Of a stretch of DNA of 64,000 nt, positions 1 to 9,437 are shown one piece after another. Under the pieces are notes generated by a model. It worked only from the letters and a program-made list of their open reading frames with translations, searched no databases and was not told where the DNA came from. Origin of the DNA: a virus; the IMG/VR virus record IMGVR_UViG_3300050014_001197, positions 64,001 through 128,000 of that record. One strand, given 5' to 3'. Both the position numbers and the translations under genes were made by a program. The first letter of the stretch is position 1. Every line of letters starts with the position of its first letter.

Positions 1-1145
1 TCGGAAAATCCAGAATTGATGGTTTCCCAATGTTTAAAACAGGTACATTTAGTGGTGGAGCAGGTAACTTAGCCGATGTATTTGATGGAACAGCTTCAAT
101 GACTGTTTATACAGATTCATCTGTATTTGCAATTGCAAGTTATCCTACACTTATATCTACATTGGAGGATCAGGTTCAAGGATTTGCTGGTGCTGGTCAA
201 ACAGACGCTGGTAAATGGGATGGAACTTTCGTAAGTGGAACTACTCTTTATGAACCAATGGAAAGAGGAGTTGGTGAAATGGAATATCCAAGAGCACTTG
301 GCCTCCAGCTATTCACTAAATTTGTTCAGGTTGGAACATATCAGGTATCAGTTTCTGTAACCCAGGAACAGATTCAAGACCTTAACAAACAATGGGGTAT
401 TGATGTTATAGCAATGGTAGAAAACGCTGGTATCAACGAAATCAGCCAGAGCATTAACAAACACATCCTTTCAAGACTATTTGGTCTAGGATGGAAAAAC
501 CACATTGCAGCTAATAATGTTGAAGGTATTAACCTTAACATGAACTGCGTATCAACGGGTTCTCTTACATCAGCTGCTTATGCTTATCCTAATGGAGATA
601 CAGCTTTCTCAACAGAATCAATGACAATTCCAGGTTTCGCAACTTACGCTTCAGTCGTTGGAGCTACATTCGAAAACCAAGATACTCTTATCAAGAGAGT
701 TATGGCTCAGATTCTTGCTGCTGGTAATGTTGTTATGCAAAGAGGTAGAAGAGGTCCTGCTAACTTTATAGTTACAAACCTTAAACTTGCTACCGCTCTT
801 CAGAGCAATGCACAGTACACATTTAGCCCAATAGCTAATACTTTCAACCAGAACAATGGTTCACTTTATCCACTAGGTACTATCGCTGGTATGACCCTTT
901 ATGTAGATCCTAACATGATCTATTCTGACACAAGAGTACTTGTAGGAAGAAAAGGTTCATCTGACGAACCAGGTGTTATATTCTGCCCATATTTAATGGC
1001 TGAATCAGTTAAGCTTATCACAGAAGGAACTGGTGCTCCTAAGGTTATCATCAAAACAAGATATGCTCTTGTAGATGCTGGATGGCATCCTGAAACGCAA
1101 TATCTCACACTTTTCATCAACACAAATTCTGGTGGACTTATTTAA
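1..1145 (+). CDS. Major capsid protein, T4 gp23-like (C-terminal ~380 aa; the ORF is open to the window edge and its 5' end lies upstream)
   Basis: No in-frame stop between nt 3 and the ATG at 30. Segments align to T4 gp23: RGRRGPANFIVTNLKLATALQS vs TGRGEGNFIIASRNVVNVLASVD; GVIFCPYLMAE...PKVIIKTRYALVD vs AGIYYAPYVALT...PVMGFKTRYGIGIN. G/A/T/S-rich composition and GC-richer codons fit a highly expressed structural gene. A strong terminator follows. Confidence 0.85.
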   Translation, partial: GKSRIDGFPMFKTGTFSGGAGNLADVFDGTASMTVYTDSSVFAIASYPTLISTLEDQVQGFAGAGQTDAGKWDGTFVSGTTLYEPMERGVGEMEYPRALGLQLFTKFVQVGTYQVSVSVTQEQIQDLNKQWGIDVIAMVENAGINEISQSINKHILSRLFGLGWKNHIAANNVEGINLNMNCVSTGSLTSAAYAYPNGDTAFSTESMTIPGFATYASVVGATFENQDTLIKRVMAQILAAGNVVMQRGRRGPANFIVTNLKLATALQSNAQYTFSPIANTFNQNNGSLYPLGTIAGMTLYVDPNMIYSDTRVLVGRKGSSDEPGVIFCPYLMAESVKLITEGTGAPKVIIKTRYALVDAGWHPETQYLTLFINTNSGGLI

Positions 1146-1165
1146 TAAGTAATCAGATATAAAAT

Positions 1166-1196
1166 AAAAAGAGGATCGAAATGATCCTCTTTTTTG
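1166..1196 (+). terminator. Rho-independent terminator after the capsid gene
   Basis: Stem AAGAGGATC / GATCCTCTT, loop GAAAT, then TTTTTTG. Confidence 0.8.
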
Positions 1197-1236
1197 TGTT
1201 GAATAACCAGATATTTTTAATTTCTTTGTATGAATA

Positions 1237-1244
1237 TATAAATA
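1237..1244 (+). promoter_or_regulatory. T4-type late promoter-like TATAAATA, 28 nt upstream of the ATG at 1273
   Basis: Exact TATAAATA octamer. The element has a T4 gp23 homologue, so a gp55-type late sigma is plausible. The octamer is expected several times by chance in AT-rich DNA, so this is weak on its own. Confidence 0.3.
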
Positions 1245-1272
1245 AAGAATAAAAGTAAAATAATTTTTAGAT

Positions 1273-1896
1273 ATGGAACTTATAGATCCTAATTTTTCGA
1301 TGGTTTCAGGAAATATGACCTCCAATAATTATGGTGGAAATATTGATAATTTTAAGAATATTGTTACTGCTGTAAATGCTCAACTTATTAAAATTGACAC
1401 TAGTGGTAATATTGGATTAAGCATTGCTTATATAGATGCTTCATTAGCACCTTTTGCAACTAATGCTTCAATAGGGATTGCTAATTTTCTACACGAAGCT
1501 TCTTTAGGCAATGACTTTGTATGGAACGGAACATTTCTTGAAGTAAGCATAGCTAGTATTTCGGATGCTGTAACTAAAGAATATGTAGATGCTTCAATTG
1601 CTGTATTTACCACTAATGTTTCAGTAGGATTAAAATTTGTAAATACGGATGCTTCTATTGTTGCTCTTCAGACAGCAGATAAAACATTTGCAACTAATGC
1701 TTCAGTTGGATTAAAATTCATAAATTCGGATGCTTCAATAGGGGTAAGAATAAGATTTATCCCTGGTGCTGGGGCAGGTCTGAGAGATGCAAGTTTAGCA
1801 GTTTATGATATGACGGCAGTTGATACATCATTATATCTTAAAGTTGCAGCAGGAACTTTTTATCAATGGAAACTTACAGCAGGTTCATTAGGATAA
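1273..1896 (+). CDS. Repeat-containing fibre/decoration-like structural protein
   Basis: Directly downstream of the capsid gene. Tandem ~25-aa repeats DASIAxFTTNASVGLKFVNxDASI, also visible as tandem DNA repeats at 1436-1760. Flanked by terminators. Confidence 0.45.
   Translation: MELIDPNFSMVSGNMTSNNYGGNIDNFKNIVTAVNAQLIKIDTSGNIGLSIAYIDASLAPFATNASIGIANFLHEASLGNDFVWNGTFLEVSIASISDAVTKEYVDASIAVFTTNVSVGLKFVNTDASIVALQTADKTFATNASVGLKFINSDASIGVRIRFIPGAGAGLRDASLAVYDMTAVDTSLYLKVAAGTFYQWKLTAGSLG
1436..1760. repeat. Tandem in-frame ~75-nt coding repeats (at least 4 units) inside the fibre-like gene
   Basis: Repeated gatgcttca...actaatgcttca(g/a)t(a/t)gg(a/g)tt(a/g) blocks. Confidence 0.6.
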
Positions 1897-1902
1897 ATAA
1901 TC

Positions 1903-1930
1903 TAAAAGGGCTTAAATAAAGCCCTTTTTC
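1903..1930. terminator. Bidirectional rho-independent terminator between convergent genes
   Basis: Stem AAAGGGCTT / AAGCCCTTT, with an A-run upstream and TTTTTC downstream. Confidence 0.75.
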
Positions 1931-1934
1931 TTTG

Positions 1935-2570
1935 TTATAGATTTTGAAATTCTGTTAGAATTCTTTTTTTCCAATAGGTCATATAGAGTTGTTCGGTATT
2001 TTCTGAAACCAGTTGATCCAATAGTTCCTGTGTAATTTCTTCCCAACTATTTACTTGAATAATAGATAAATTATAATCTCTATAAATTCTGTGTTTTAGA
2101 ACAATTGGAATACAGCCTAAATAAAGAGCTTCCCATAATCGATGAGTATCAACTCCATTTCCCGGAGGACAAATAACATATTTATGATGAGACATATTTT
2201 CGCAATATTGTTCAAAAGAAAGTTTTTCTTCCCAGTAATAAGGAACTTTTATTTTTTCTAGTATTTTCTTTCTATAATCATTTGTTAACCCCCAATTACA
2301 ATAAATTCCAGATTTAAGATTTGATTTTAATTTTTCAATATTTTGAAAAAACCATTGATGATTTGTAAATTTTCCTTTAGAACCTCCAGTATGATTTTCT
2401 AATCCAATGGGAATAGAAATAAGATTAGGATCGTCATAAGTTGCATTTTGAGCATACCATTTTTTTATACATGACGGTTTTAATGAAAATCTTGCAATAT
2501 TTAATGGAAGATCCGACATATGAGAGATGAGAATATATTTTCGTCCGGATACTCTGATGTAATTAAACAA
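1935..2570 (-). CDS. Putative glycosyltransferase
   Basis: First gene of the minus-strand glycosylation cluster. C-terminal RLWEALYLGCIPIV resembles the exostosin/GT-B C-terminal acceptor motif. No stronger match by eye. Confidence 0.3.
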   Translation of the reverse strand: MFNYIRVSGRKYILISHMSDLPLNIARFSLKPSCIKKWYAQNATYDDPNLISIPIGLENHTGGSKGKFTNHQWFFQNIEKLKSNLKSGIYCNWGLTNDYRKKILEKIKVPYYWEEKLSFEQYCENMSHHKYVICPPGNGVDTHRLWEALYLGCIPIVLKHRIYRDYNLSIIQVNSWEEITQELLDQLVSENTEQLYMTYWKKRILTEFQNL

Positions 2571-2693
2571 AATATCTAAAAAATCAGTTTTACAATAAAT
2601 TATTGAATTTTTTCGAAATAATTCAGCAGATAATTCGTTTCGATCTCTATCTATTTATTTTAAAATTAGCTATTTCGGAAAAGGAATTTCCAT

Positions 2694-3299
2694 TTATAAA
2701 ATTGTACATACTTCGCAAATTAAAAAGCCATTTCGATCTTTTAGATTATCATCTAATATTTTAAATTTATCGGGATTTTCTAAAATAAATTTTCTAGTTT
2801 GAGTATGTTTATTAGAAATTGTATCATCTAAAACTATAAATTTGCATTTTTTCCATAATTTATTAAATTCAATATAACCTGAGAATTCTCCTCCATCAAT
2901 AATATATAAATCTATTTTTTCTGGTAATTGATCCAAAACATATGGAGAGGTTTTAATCCATCCAAGATCTTCTTTTAACCAATTTTTAAGAGTATCATTT
3001 TCAAGAATATTCATCTTCGGGGCTAATTCTTGATATGTTACAATTGTTCCGTGAATAATTTTAAAGGATGAAGGTAAAAATACTAAATTTACTTTTGCTT
3101 CTCCAATTCGGATTAAATTACATTCTAAAGACCAAACTTCTTTTTTAGTACCAATAACTGCATCGTAAATACATTTTGTAGAACCCATTCCATTCCAGGT
3201 TCCTATTTCAACAATGGTCTTTACTTCTAGAAGTCTAGATAATTCATAAATTTTTTCTCCAAGTATGGATCCCCTATTAATTTGTCCTATCCTATCCAT
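2694..3299 (-). CDS. Class I SAM-dependent methyltransferase (Methyltransf_24/TylF-CmcI-like)
   Basis: Motif I-like IVEIGTWNGMGST and an acidic post-motif (IIDGGEFSG), paralogous to the methyltransferases at 6152 and 7501. Confidence 0.5.
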   Translation of the reverse strand: MDRIGQINRGSILGEKIYELSRLLEVKTIVEIGTWNGMGSTKCIYDAVIGTKKEVWSLECNLIRIGEAKVNLVFLPSSFKIIHGTIVTYQELAPKMNILENDTLKNWLKEDLGWIKTSPYVLDQLPEKIDLYIIDGGEFSGYIEFNKLWKKCKFIVLDDTISNKHTQTRKFILENPDKFKILDDNLKDRNGFLICEVCTIL

Positions 3300-3302
3300 A
3301 TC

Positions 3303-4004
3303 TTAGTTTTTAATTTCAATTGTTTGTCCTACGAAAGTTCCATCGGGATTACGAACCCTAAATAATTTTTCATTTCCAGTTATTCTCAGTTCTTTGAGAT
3401 TCGCAATGTGAGCTATATGGGTATTAACAATTCTTGGCCAAATATACTTCCATAAGAATGGTTGATCAGTGTTAAAGAATTTCCCTCGGGGCTTGTAAAT
3501 ATCCTGAAAAGTTAAACTCCCAATATATTCATTTAACATATTATCGTATTGAAATTTTATCTTATCAATAAATTTTGAAGTAGCCCCCCACATTCCTCCG
3601 CATATTTGAAAATTATGAACTGCATTATCTCTCATAATATGAAATTCTTTGCCACTTTCTTCCCATTCTTTTACAGCATCAGCTTCTCTTGGATTTAATC
3701 TTGAATCGGTATCGCGTACGATGAATCTTTCAATGGAATCATCTTTAAGAGGCTCAAATCTCCAGAAGAGACCATAGCATCCATCGGATTTATTCATCAT
3801 TATTATTTCAGCACCGTCACGTTTCATATATTCAACGATATTTTTGGGAACCGTTTCATCTAAGTAAAACCTACACGTCCAACCTGAGTAATATTTAGAT
3901 GCTAATAGGAGATTCTCGTAAGCTGCCTCAACATACTTGGGGGTTTTACCCCAAATAGAAAAAGATATTATTTTATTCATAATTAAACAGCTAATACTTT
4001 CCAA
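3303..4004 (-). CDS. Putative DxD glycosyltransferase
   Basis: N-terminal IISFSIWG and VRDTDSRL (DxD-like). Sits inside the glycosylation cluster. Confidence 0.35.
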   Translation of the reverse strand: MESISCLIMNKIISFSIWGKTPKYVEAAYENLLLASKYYSGWTCRFYLDETVPKNIVEYMKRDGAEIIMMNKSDGCYGLFWRFEPLKDDSIERFIVRDTDSRLNPREADAVKEWEESGKEFHIMRDNAVHNFQICGGMWGATSKFIDKIKFQYDNMLNEYIGSLTFQDIYKPRGKFFNTDQPFLWKYIWPRIVNTHIAHIANLKELRITGNEKLFRVRNPDGTFVGQTIEIKN

Positions 4005-4693
4005 TTTAATTTAGTTGTAGGAGTTCCTCCTTCTCCCACTAAATGAATTTTTACATATTTATGAAAAAATAAATTCTCGTCATTTCTTAATTTTATGCAA
4101 TCGATTAAATTAAAAAAAGAAGAATCTATACAATGAATTTCTTTTGCTCTTTCAATCGCATAAAGAAAATTAAAAATGCTTATATCAGATCTAGTGGGTC
4201 TTATTATTTTAATATTTTTGGGAAGTTTATCTTTCAGGATTGGGCGATCTTTATCATCATGAACAAAGATATATTCTTCATTTTTCTTTAAATCTAATTC
4301 ATTAAAATATACATTTTTTTCTGCTTCGCAATTTCTTTCAACATAAAAACGATTCCATTTATCCTCAAAGTTGACATTAGCCATTTTATAAAATATTTGA
4401 TCGAATCTACCTAGCGGATCTCTTTGTAACTCCTCGTGTAATTTAGTATGGCCAATAATTAGATAGTTATTAGTTGGATTAATTTGCATGAATTGATGAA
4501 TATCCGAATCATCCATTAATATAATGGCAATTTTTGCATTATCCCTAAACATATGCATAACATTTTTAGCATTTTTGGGTTTAACAAATAAATATACTCG
4601 ATCATACATATCAGCATAAACTCTAGTCAATCCATTGCAAATAATTTGATCCCCCATACCTAAATGTTCATATATGTATATTGAGTTTTTCAC
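3983..4693 (-). CDS. Hypothetical protein in glycosylation cluster (possible glycosyltransferase)
   Basis: ORF only. No recognisable motif beyond its context. Confidence 0.25.
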   Translation of the reverse strand: MKNSIYIYEHLGMGDQIICNGLTRVYADMYDRVYLFVKPKNAKNVMHMFRDNAKIAIILMDDSDIHQFMQINPTNNYLIIGHTKLHEELQRDPLGRFDQIFYKMANVNFEDKWNRFYVERNCEAEKNVYFNELDLKKNEEYIFVHDDKDRPILKDKLPKNIKIIRPTRSDISIFNFLYAIERAKEIHCIDSSFFNLIDCIKLRNDENLFFHKYVKIHLVGEGGTPTTKLNWKVLAV

Positions 4694-5520
4694 TTTATAT
4701 ATGGTTTTGAATAAATATTCATGGATTCTTCTTCTCTTGGATCATTGTTAAAAATCTTATTTGTATTATAACATTCTAGATTAATATTCACTATCATACT
4801 AGTTTGAGATAAATTGGAAGTTCCTTTTACCAAAAATTTACAGCGAGCAAGAGCCTCCATATCTAGTATAGCTTCCAATCCTTTTATATAGCCAGATTGT
4901 TCTTTCATGTGATGATGTATGGAAATATTTCCGGATCCCCTTATTCTTGTTGTTGGAATAATTAGATTTCCATATCTTTTGATATAAAGACTATACATAT
5001 CAGCATCATCGGTAGCTAAATATATTTTATTATAAGAATTTTCAGATAATGCTTTGTCTATAACGGTAAATACTTTTTTATCATCTACCGGCCATAATCG
5101 TTTATCACTTTCGGTATATCGATCTGTTTTTCGAATATGCAAACCTAAAATAGAATTATAGTCATTGAAATATGATAATGTTTTATTAAGTATTTTTTTT
5201 GTTATCTCATTATAATGAATATATTTTGTGTATATTTCATGTAAGGTTTGGCGAATATTCATGCCAGGATATAAATCCAAAACTTGCGGCATATCTTTTG
5301 CATAAAGATACTCGATGTTTCCCTCGATGAGATCTATTTGCTGATAATAATATTCCCATACATTTGGACCTTTTATTTGATCCCAGTATAAATTAAATCT
5401 TTGCGGTAAAAAAACTCCTACCTTTTCTCCTTTAAGCTCTTTCCATTTACGCAAATCTCTAAGTACATGCCATGTTAAAACAGCGTAAAATCCGCTAAGG
5501 TCTCCAGTGATTACTTTCAT
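4690..5520 (-). CDS. Fucosyltransferase-like protein (GT11/GT23/GT65 superfamily)
   Basis: LGLHIRKTDRYTE matches the HxRRxD motif of alpha-1,2/alpha-1,6/O-fucosyltransferases. Confidence 0.45.
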   Translation of the reverse strand: MKVITGDLSGFYAVLTWHVLRDLRKWKELKGEKVGVFLPQRFNLYWDQIKGPNVWEYYYQQIDLIEGNIEYLYAKDMPQVLDLYPGMNIRQTLHEIYTKYIHYNEITKKILNKTLSYFNDYNSILGLHIRKTDRYTESDKRLWPVDDKKVFTVIDKALSENSYNKIYLATDDADMYSLYIKRYGNLIIPTTRIRGSGNISIHHHMKEQSGYIKGLEAILDMEALARCKFLVKGTSNLSQTSMIVNINLECYNTNKIFNNDPREEESMNIYSKPYIK

Positions 5521-6155
5521 TTTGTCCAGTATTTATAAGCATTAGAATAAGGGGCTCCGTGAATACCAAACGGAACAATATTTTCATCAATTATTTCTTC
5601 TTGACTAAAAGATAAAGCCATCTTTACAGAAGGGTATTTTAAGTTGGATTCCGTGTTTAATTTATTTGAATAGTATCCATCCTCATTAAAAACTAATGGA
5701 AGAGGAATCAACAGATATTTTTTACTAACAAATTCAGCTAAACTTTTGCTTCTTAAACAAAAACCCCCATTTCCTATGCCGGGGTTATTATTTTTATCTC
5801 TCATGACTAAGTCCTGCCATGGAGCTCCTATATAATCATAATTTAACCATTTATCATTCCATAATTCCGGATGAATAATATATCCATCAGGTTGAACAAT
5901 AATAAAATGAGGGGTATTTATATAACGATGAAGTTCTTTTATACAAAAAAGATTTAGATCTGCTAAACTATTTAAAGATCGGGATTTTCGTATTTCATGA
6001 ATAGAATGGGTAATGGGTTTATCCGTTATAAGCATAGATTTTTTAAATTGAAAATGACCATCTATGGTTTGTAATGTATCATCTAAAATTTTAATCATAG
6101 ACTCAACTTTAGGACCCATATTTATTGCAAGTAAAGTTACATCAAGAATTTTCAT
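5517..6155 (-). CDS. Hypothetical protein (glycosylation cluster)
   Basis: ORF only. Overlaps the start and stop of its neighbours by 4 nt, the usual operon-style coupling. Confidence 0.3.
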   Translation of the reverse strand: MKILDVTLLAINMGPKVESMIKILDDTLQTIDGHFQFKKSMLITDKPITHSIHEIRKSRSLNSLADLNLFCIKELHRYINTPHFIIVQPDGYIIHPELWNDKWLNYDYIGAPWQDLVMRDKNNNPGIGNGGFCLRSKSLAEFVSKKYLLIPLPLVFNEDGYYSNKLNTESNLKYPSVKMALSFSQEEIIDENIVPFGIHGAPYSNAYKYWTK

Positions 6156-6817
6156 GGTTTATAAATTCCGATACCACAGCTAATAGAATATACAAATTCA
6201 TGTATTTTTTTAGAAGGATCTAATTCATTCCAGAATTTCTTGACTCCCAAATCTTTATTTACAATATCGTGAAATATTAAAAATCCATTAGAATTTAAAA
6301 TTTTTAATGAATTTTCATAATCTTTTTTAACACCCTCATATCTATGATCAGCATCTATAAAAATAATATCATAAGTGTTAGTTCTGCCAAGATTAAAAAA
6401 ATCATCTGTAAAATAATTAAAATATTGGACTTCAATATTTTTAACTTTTTTAAGATATTCTACTTTATTTTGTATTGAAAAAGGCTGATCTGAAAATCCC
6501 TGAGCATTTCTCTGATAATCACAATTATCTACAGCATGACAAATTTTTATATCAGGTTGAAATAAAGAACATAATAAAAAAGATCCTCCTTGTCCTACCC
6601 CCAATTCTAAATATGATTTAGCTTTAGTCTCTTTGAGAAATAATAATAGCCTTGCATATTCTTCGGGATTCTGTTGAAGCTGTAAATTATCTTTTCCCCC
6701 TACTATTCCCGTCAATCCTCCGCCAGTAGTAGGATTAGATAAGCCAGCTGAAAATCTTATATAAAAGATTAATTCTGCTAAAGAATAAGATAACAATTCT
6801 TCGATACTTGTAGTCAT
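6152..6817 (-). CDS. Class I SAM-dependent O-methyltransferase
   Basis: LELGVGQGGSFL (motif I), DIIFIDADH...GFLIFHDI (post-I and motif IV-like). Confidence 0.6.
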   Translation of the reverse strand: MTTSIEELLSYSLAELIFYIRFSAGLSNPTTGGGLTGIVGGKDNLQLQQNPEEYARLLLFLKETKAKSYLELGVGQGGSFLLCSLFQPDIKICHAVDNCDYQRNAQGFSDQPFSIQNKVEYLKKVKNIEVQYFNYFTDDFFNLGRTNTYDIIFIDADHRYEGVKKDYENSLKILNSNGFLIFHDIVNKDLGVKKFWNELDPSKKIHEFVYSISCGIGIYKP

Positions 6818-6827
6818 TTTTATAAAT

Positions 6828-7496
6828 TTATAAGGTTTCTTGATAATATTGCATAGTATCTATTCTTGCTCTAAATTGTCCATCAATATCAGAAAGATCT
6901 GCTATTTGAAATGCAGTTAATGGCAAAAATGTATAGGATCTTAGAGTTTTATTAAGTATAATATCATTAACAGCATCATCTACTGTAGTATTAAACTTGA
7001 GCATTTCATCTGCTACTTTTTTTATTCCTGTTTCTTTAACTATATAAGCATGAGTGCAATCTGTAAAAGAAGAAGTCCAAACATGATCTGAAATCTTCTT
7101 CATTTCTGTAGGTCTTCTAATTGCTCCCCCAATAAAAAGATGTTCCCAATCTAAATTTTCTACTTCTTTTTCATAAATTTCCATTCGCTGATTAAAATCC
7201 TTTGAAAGAACAACATCATCCTCAAGCATTAAAACTTTTTTATATCCTAGAGATTTAGCCATCTTTAATCCGGCAATATGAGAAAATGCGCATGCTGCAA
7301 CATTCATATTCATTGTAGTCCAAGAAAAATAATTCCTTTTGGACGGGGTTATTTTTATATTAGCTATTAACTTTCCATCAAAAGCAGGATAAATTAAAAG
7401 ATTTTGAACTCCTCTTTTTTTGAGATGATCAATAACTCTTTTTGCTCTATCCTCTCTTCTTTCAAGATTGATTAAAATTGCAACATCGTAAAGCAT
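6828..7496 (-). CDS. GT25 family glycosyltransferase
   Basis: MLYDVAILINLERREDRAKR is the typical GT25 N-terminus (I-x-V-I-N-L-x-x-R-x-D-R). The ORF can be read up to 7625 but would then overlap the upstream gene by 125 nt, so the internal Met at 7496 is preferred. Confidence 0.55.
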   Translation of the reverse strand: MLYDVAILINLERREDRAKRVIDHLKKRGVQNLLIYPAFDGKLIANIKITPSKRNYFSWTTMNMNVAACAFSHIAGLKMAKSLGYKKVLMLEDDVVLSKDFNQRMEIYEKEVENLDWEHLFIGGAIRRPTEMKKISDHVWTSSFTDCTHAYIVKETGIKKVADEMLKFNTTVDDAVNDIILNKTLRSYTFLPLTAFQIADLSDIDGQFRARIDTMQYYQETL

Positions 7497-7500
7497 ATTT

Positions 7501-8043
7501 TTATTTATAAAATATCCAACATCCCCCAAGATATGATTGAGCTCCAAAAGAAAAATATTCATCAACAGCTTGATGAACTCCGCAGGAGGGTTCGTTATAA
7601 TCATGGCCTGCAATAATACCTCCATTTTTAATTTTAGGGAACCAGAGTTTTAAATCTGCTTTAATTCCGGAATATTCATGATCTCCATCTATAAAAAGAA
7701 AATCAATAGATTCATCTTTAAAATCCTTATGAAGTATTTTGCTATCTCCTCTAAGGGGTTGAATATAGGATTTAACTGGTTCGATATTTTTTGTAAACAC
7801 TTCATAAAGTGTTCCTGCTTTTGTATCTGGTTCATTTTCGTATCCGCATTCTCCATTGAAAAGATCAACTGTATAAAAGAGTATTTTCTTACCGGATTCT
7901 TTTATTTTTTCAGCCATATAAATGGCAGATCTTCCTTTCCAAGTTCCTATTTCAATAAAAGTCGAACCATTGCTAAATTTCTGAACCATGTTACTATAAA
8001 GAATCTGAAAGGTAAAAGACCCTTCTACATTTTCCCAATACAT
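7501..8043 (-). CDS. Class I SAM-dependent methyltransferase (Methyltransf_24-like)
   Basis: FIEIGTWKGRSAIYMA, FLFIDGDHEYSGIKADL, GGIIAGHDY. Confidence 0.55.
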   Translation of the reverse strand: MYWENVEGSFTFQILYSNMVQKFSNGSTFIEIGTWKGRSAIYMAEKIKESGKKILFYTVDLFNGECGYENEPDTKAGTLYEVFTKNIEPVKSYIQPLRGDSKILHKDFKDESIDFLFIDGDHEYSGIKADLKLWFPKIKNGGIIAGHDYNEPSCGVHQAVDEYFSFGAQSYLGGCWIFYK

Positions 8044-8047
8044 ATTT

Positions 8048-8902
8048 TTATTTTTTAACTATTTCAACTAACCATTCTTCAAAGTTGGATAAATTCCACT
8101 CCAAGCTATGTTTTTGTTCATCTGTAAATACAGGTTCTTCGTAAAAAGCTTTAAATCTCTCTGGGTTTTGATCCATTTTTTGTACAACATCAGGAAATCT
8201 CCCTCTTGTAACATCGATAAAAGCTCCTTTGTTCCAATCTTCTCCAACTCTTGGATCCCCGCAATATATTGGCATTGCACCTGCAAGAAAAGCATCCATA
8301 AGTTTTTCTGTACAATAATATCTATATGGCGTATTTTCATAAGCCATCATGAATTTATGAGGACGTTTCAAAAAGAATTCATCCTTAGCATCCCTCCAAT
8401 ATCTTCCTTCAGAGGCTTTTTGTAAAGCAAAATCATTTGTCAAGCATCGTCCATAAGATTTTATAGATTTATATTGGCTCAATTGCTGAAAAGCCGAATT
8501 TCTCATAAAATTAGAAGGATTCGAAACCGTAAATGCACACCATTGTTCAAACTGTTCTTCTTTCCGGTTCAATCGATTATAAAGTCTTTCTCTTAGCTCG
8601 GGTTTTAGTAAAATATAAACTTGCCATAGAGGTAATCTATAATTAGTTGTAGAATGAGGATCAAAACTAATACTATAATTAGTTTGAAATTGAGAAGGTC
8701 TCCAATTTTCTGCAAGTATTAAAACTTTCTTGCATTTATATTTCGGTGCTTCAACCATCTTATTAAAAATAGAATGAAATAAAACATCGGGATGCTCCTT
8801 ATCCAAAACTACTTCGAAATGGTTTTTAAGAATAGGACTTATAAAATCTTCATCTTTCCACTCAGGCCAAAAATCGGCAAACCATATTTTTAACTTATCC
8901 AT
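8048..8902 (-). CDS. GT10 alpha-1,3-fucosyltransferase-like protein
   Basis: FMMAYENTPYRYYCTEKLMDAF matches the GT10 signature F-x-L-x-F-E-N-S-x-x-x-x-Y-x-T-E-K. Confidence 0.6.
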   Translation of the reverse strand: MDKLKIWFADFWPEWKDEDFISPILKNHFEVVLDKEHPDVLFHSIFNKMVEAPKYKCKKVLILAENWRPSQFQTNYSISFDPHSTTNYRLPLWQVYILLKPELRERLYNRLNRKEEQFEQWCAFTVSNPSNFMRNSAFQQLSQYKSIKSYGRCLTNDFALQKASEGRYWRDAKDEFFLKRPHKFMMAYENTPYRYYCTEKLMDAFLAGAMPIYCGDPRVGEDWNKGAFIDVTRGRFPDVVQKMDQNPERFKAFYEEPVFTDEQKHSLEWNLSNFEEWLVEIVKK

Positions 8903-9339
8903 GGAAGAGGTTTTATTTGTTGCTGTAATGTTTCATTTTTTCCTTTTAAATATGCTGCATATTCTCTTGGAGTTTCAAATCCTGTTTTTTCTAGATGTTC
9001 TTTAGTCTTTTGCTTTTGCTCTTCTTTTTCTTTACGCCATTTTAAACCATCTTCAGTAACAACTTCTTTGACGTTTTTTCCATCGTGGATGACATACCAA
9101 TCATCGAAACATTGTTCTTTCTTATCATCAATCCACACAAATTGTCGAGTATACCAGTAAGTTTTTCCCCAACAATCACACCCTTGATCCTCATGCTCTT
9201 CAAACACAAGTTTGCAATCTTGAACTTTTTCAATTATTTCCTCTTTCATTCTTCGGGTACTACAATCCAGCATATAATATAAAATAATATAAACGGAAAT
9301 CCTGTAAATAGTGTTCCCAATACAAAAATAATTCTCCAT
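8890..9339 (-). CDS. Hypothetical protein
   Basis: ORF in the operon. Cys/His-rich (DCKLVFEEHEDQGCDCWGK). Confidence 0.3.
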   Translation of the reverse strand: MENYFCIGNTIYRISVYIILYYMLDCSTRRMKEEIIEKVQDCKLVFEEHEDQGCDCWGKTYWYTRQFVWIDDKKEQCFDDWYVIHDGKNVKEVVTEDGLKWRKEKEEQKQKTKEHLEKTGFETPREYAAYLKGKNETLQQQIKPLPWIS

Positions 9340-9437
9340 AATACTGGATCCATATTTGTATAACTACCAATACCTGCGCAAACACCAGCAATAGGGCCAT
9401 TTCCTAATCTAAATAATTTATTCATAGTTTTTTTCAT
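9246..9437 (-). CDS. PspC-domain small membrane protein
   Basis: GVCAGIGSYTNMDPVLWRIIFVL matches the PspC domain (G-x-C-A-G-L-A...D-P-T-L-V-R-L-L-F-V-L) and is followed by a TM helix. Overlaps the neighbouring ORFs; coding is supported by the motif. Confidence 0.5.
   Translation of the reverse strand: MKKTMNKLFRLGNGPIAGVCAGIGSYTNMDPVLWRIIFVLGTLFTGFPFILFYIICWIVVPEE

Noticed and set aside
7678-8425. Several 60-126-aa ORFs antisense or out of frame within the methyltransferase and fucosyltransferase genes. The same pattern recurs elsewhere, for example 920..1325, 11236..11968, 13196..13420, 14179..14586, 14629..15426.
   Set aside because: Typical AT-rich shadow ORFs with Phe/Ile/Lys-rich low-complexity translations, fully embedded in well-supported genes.
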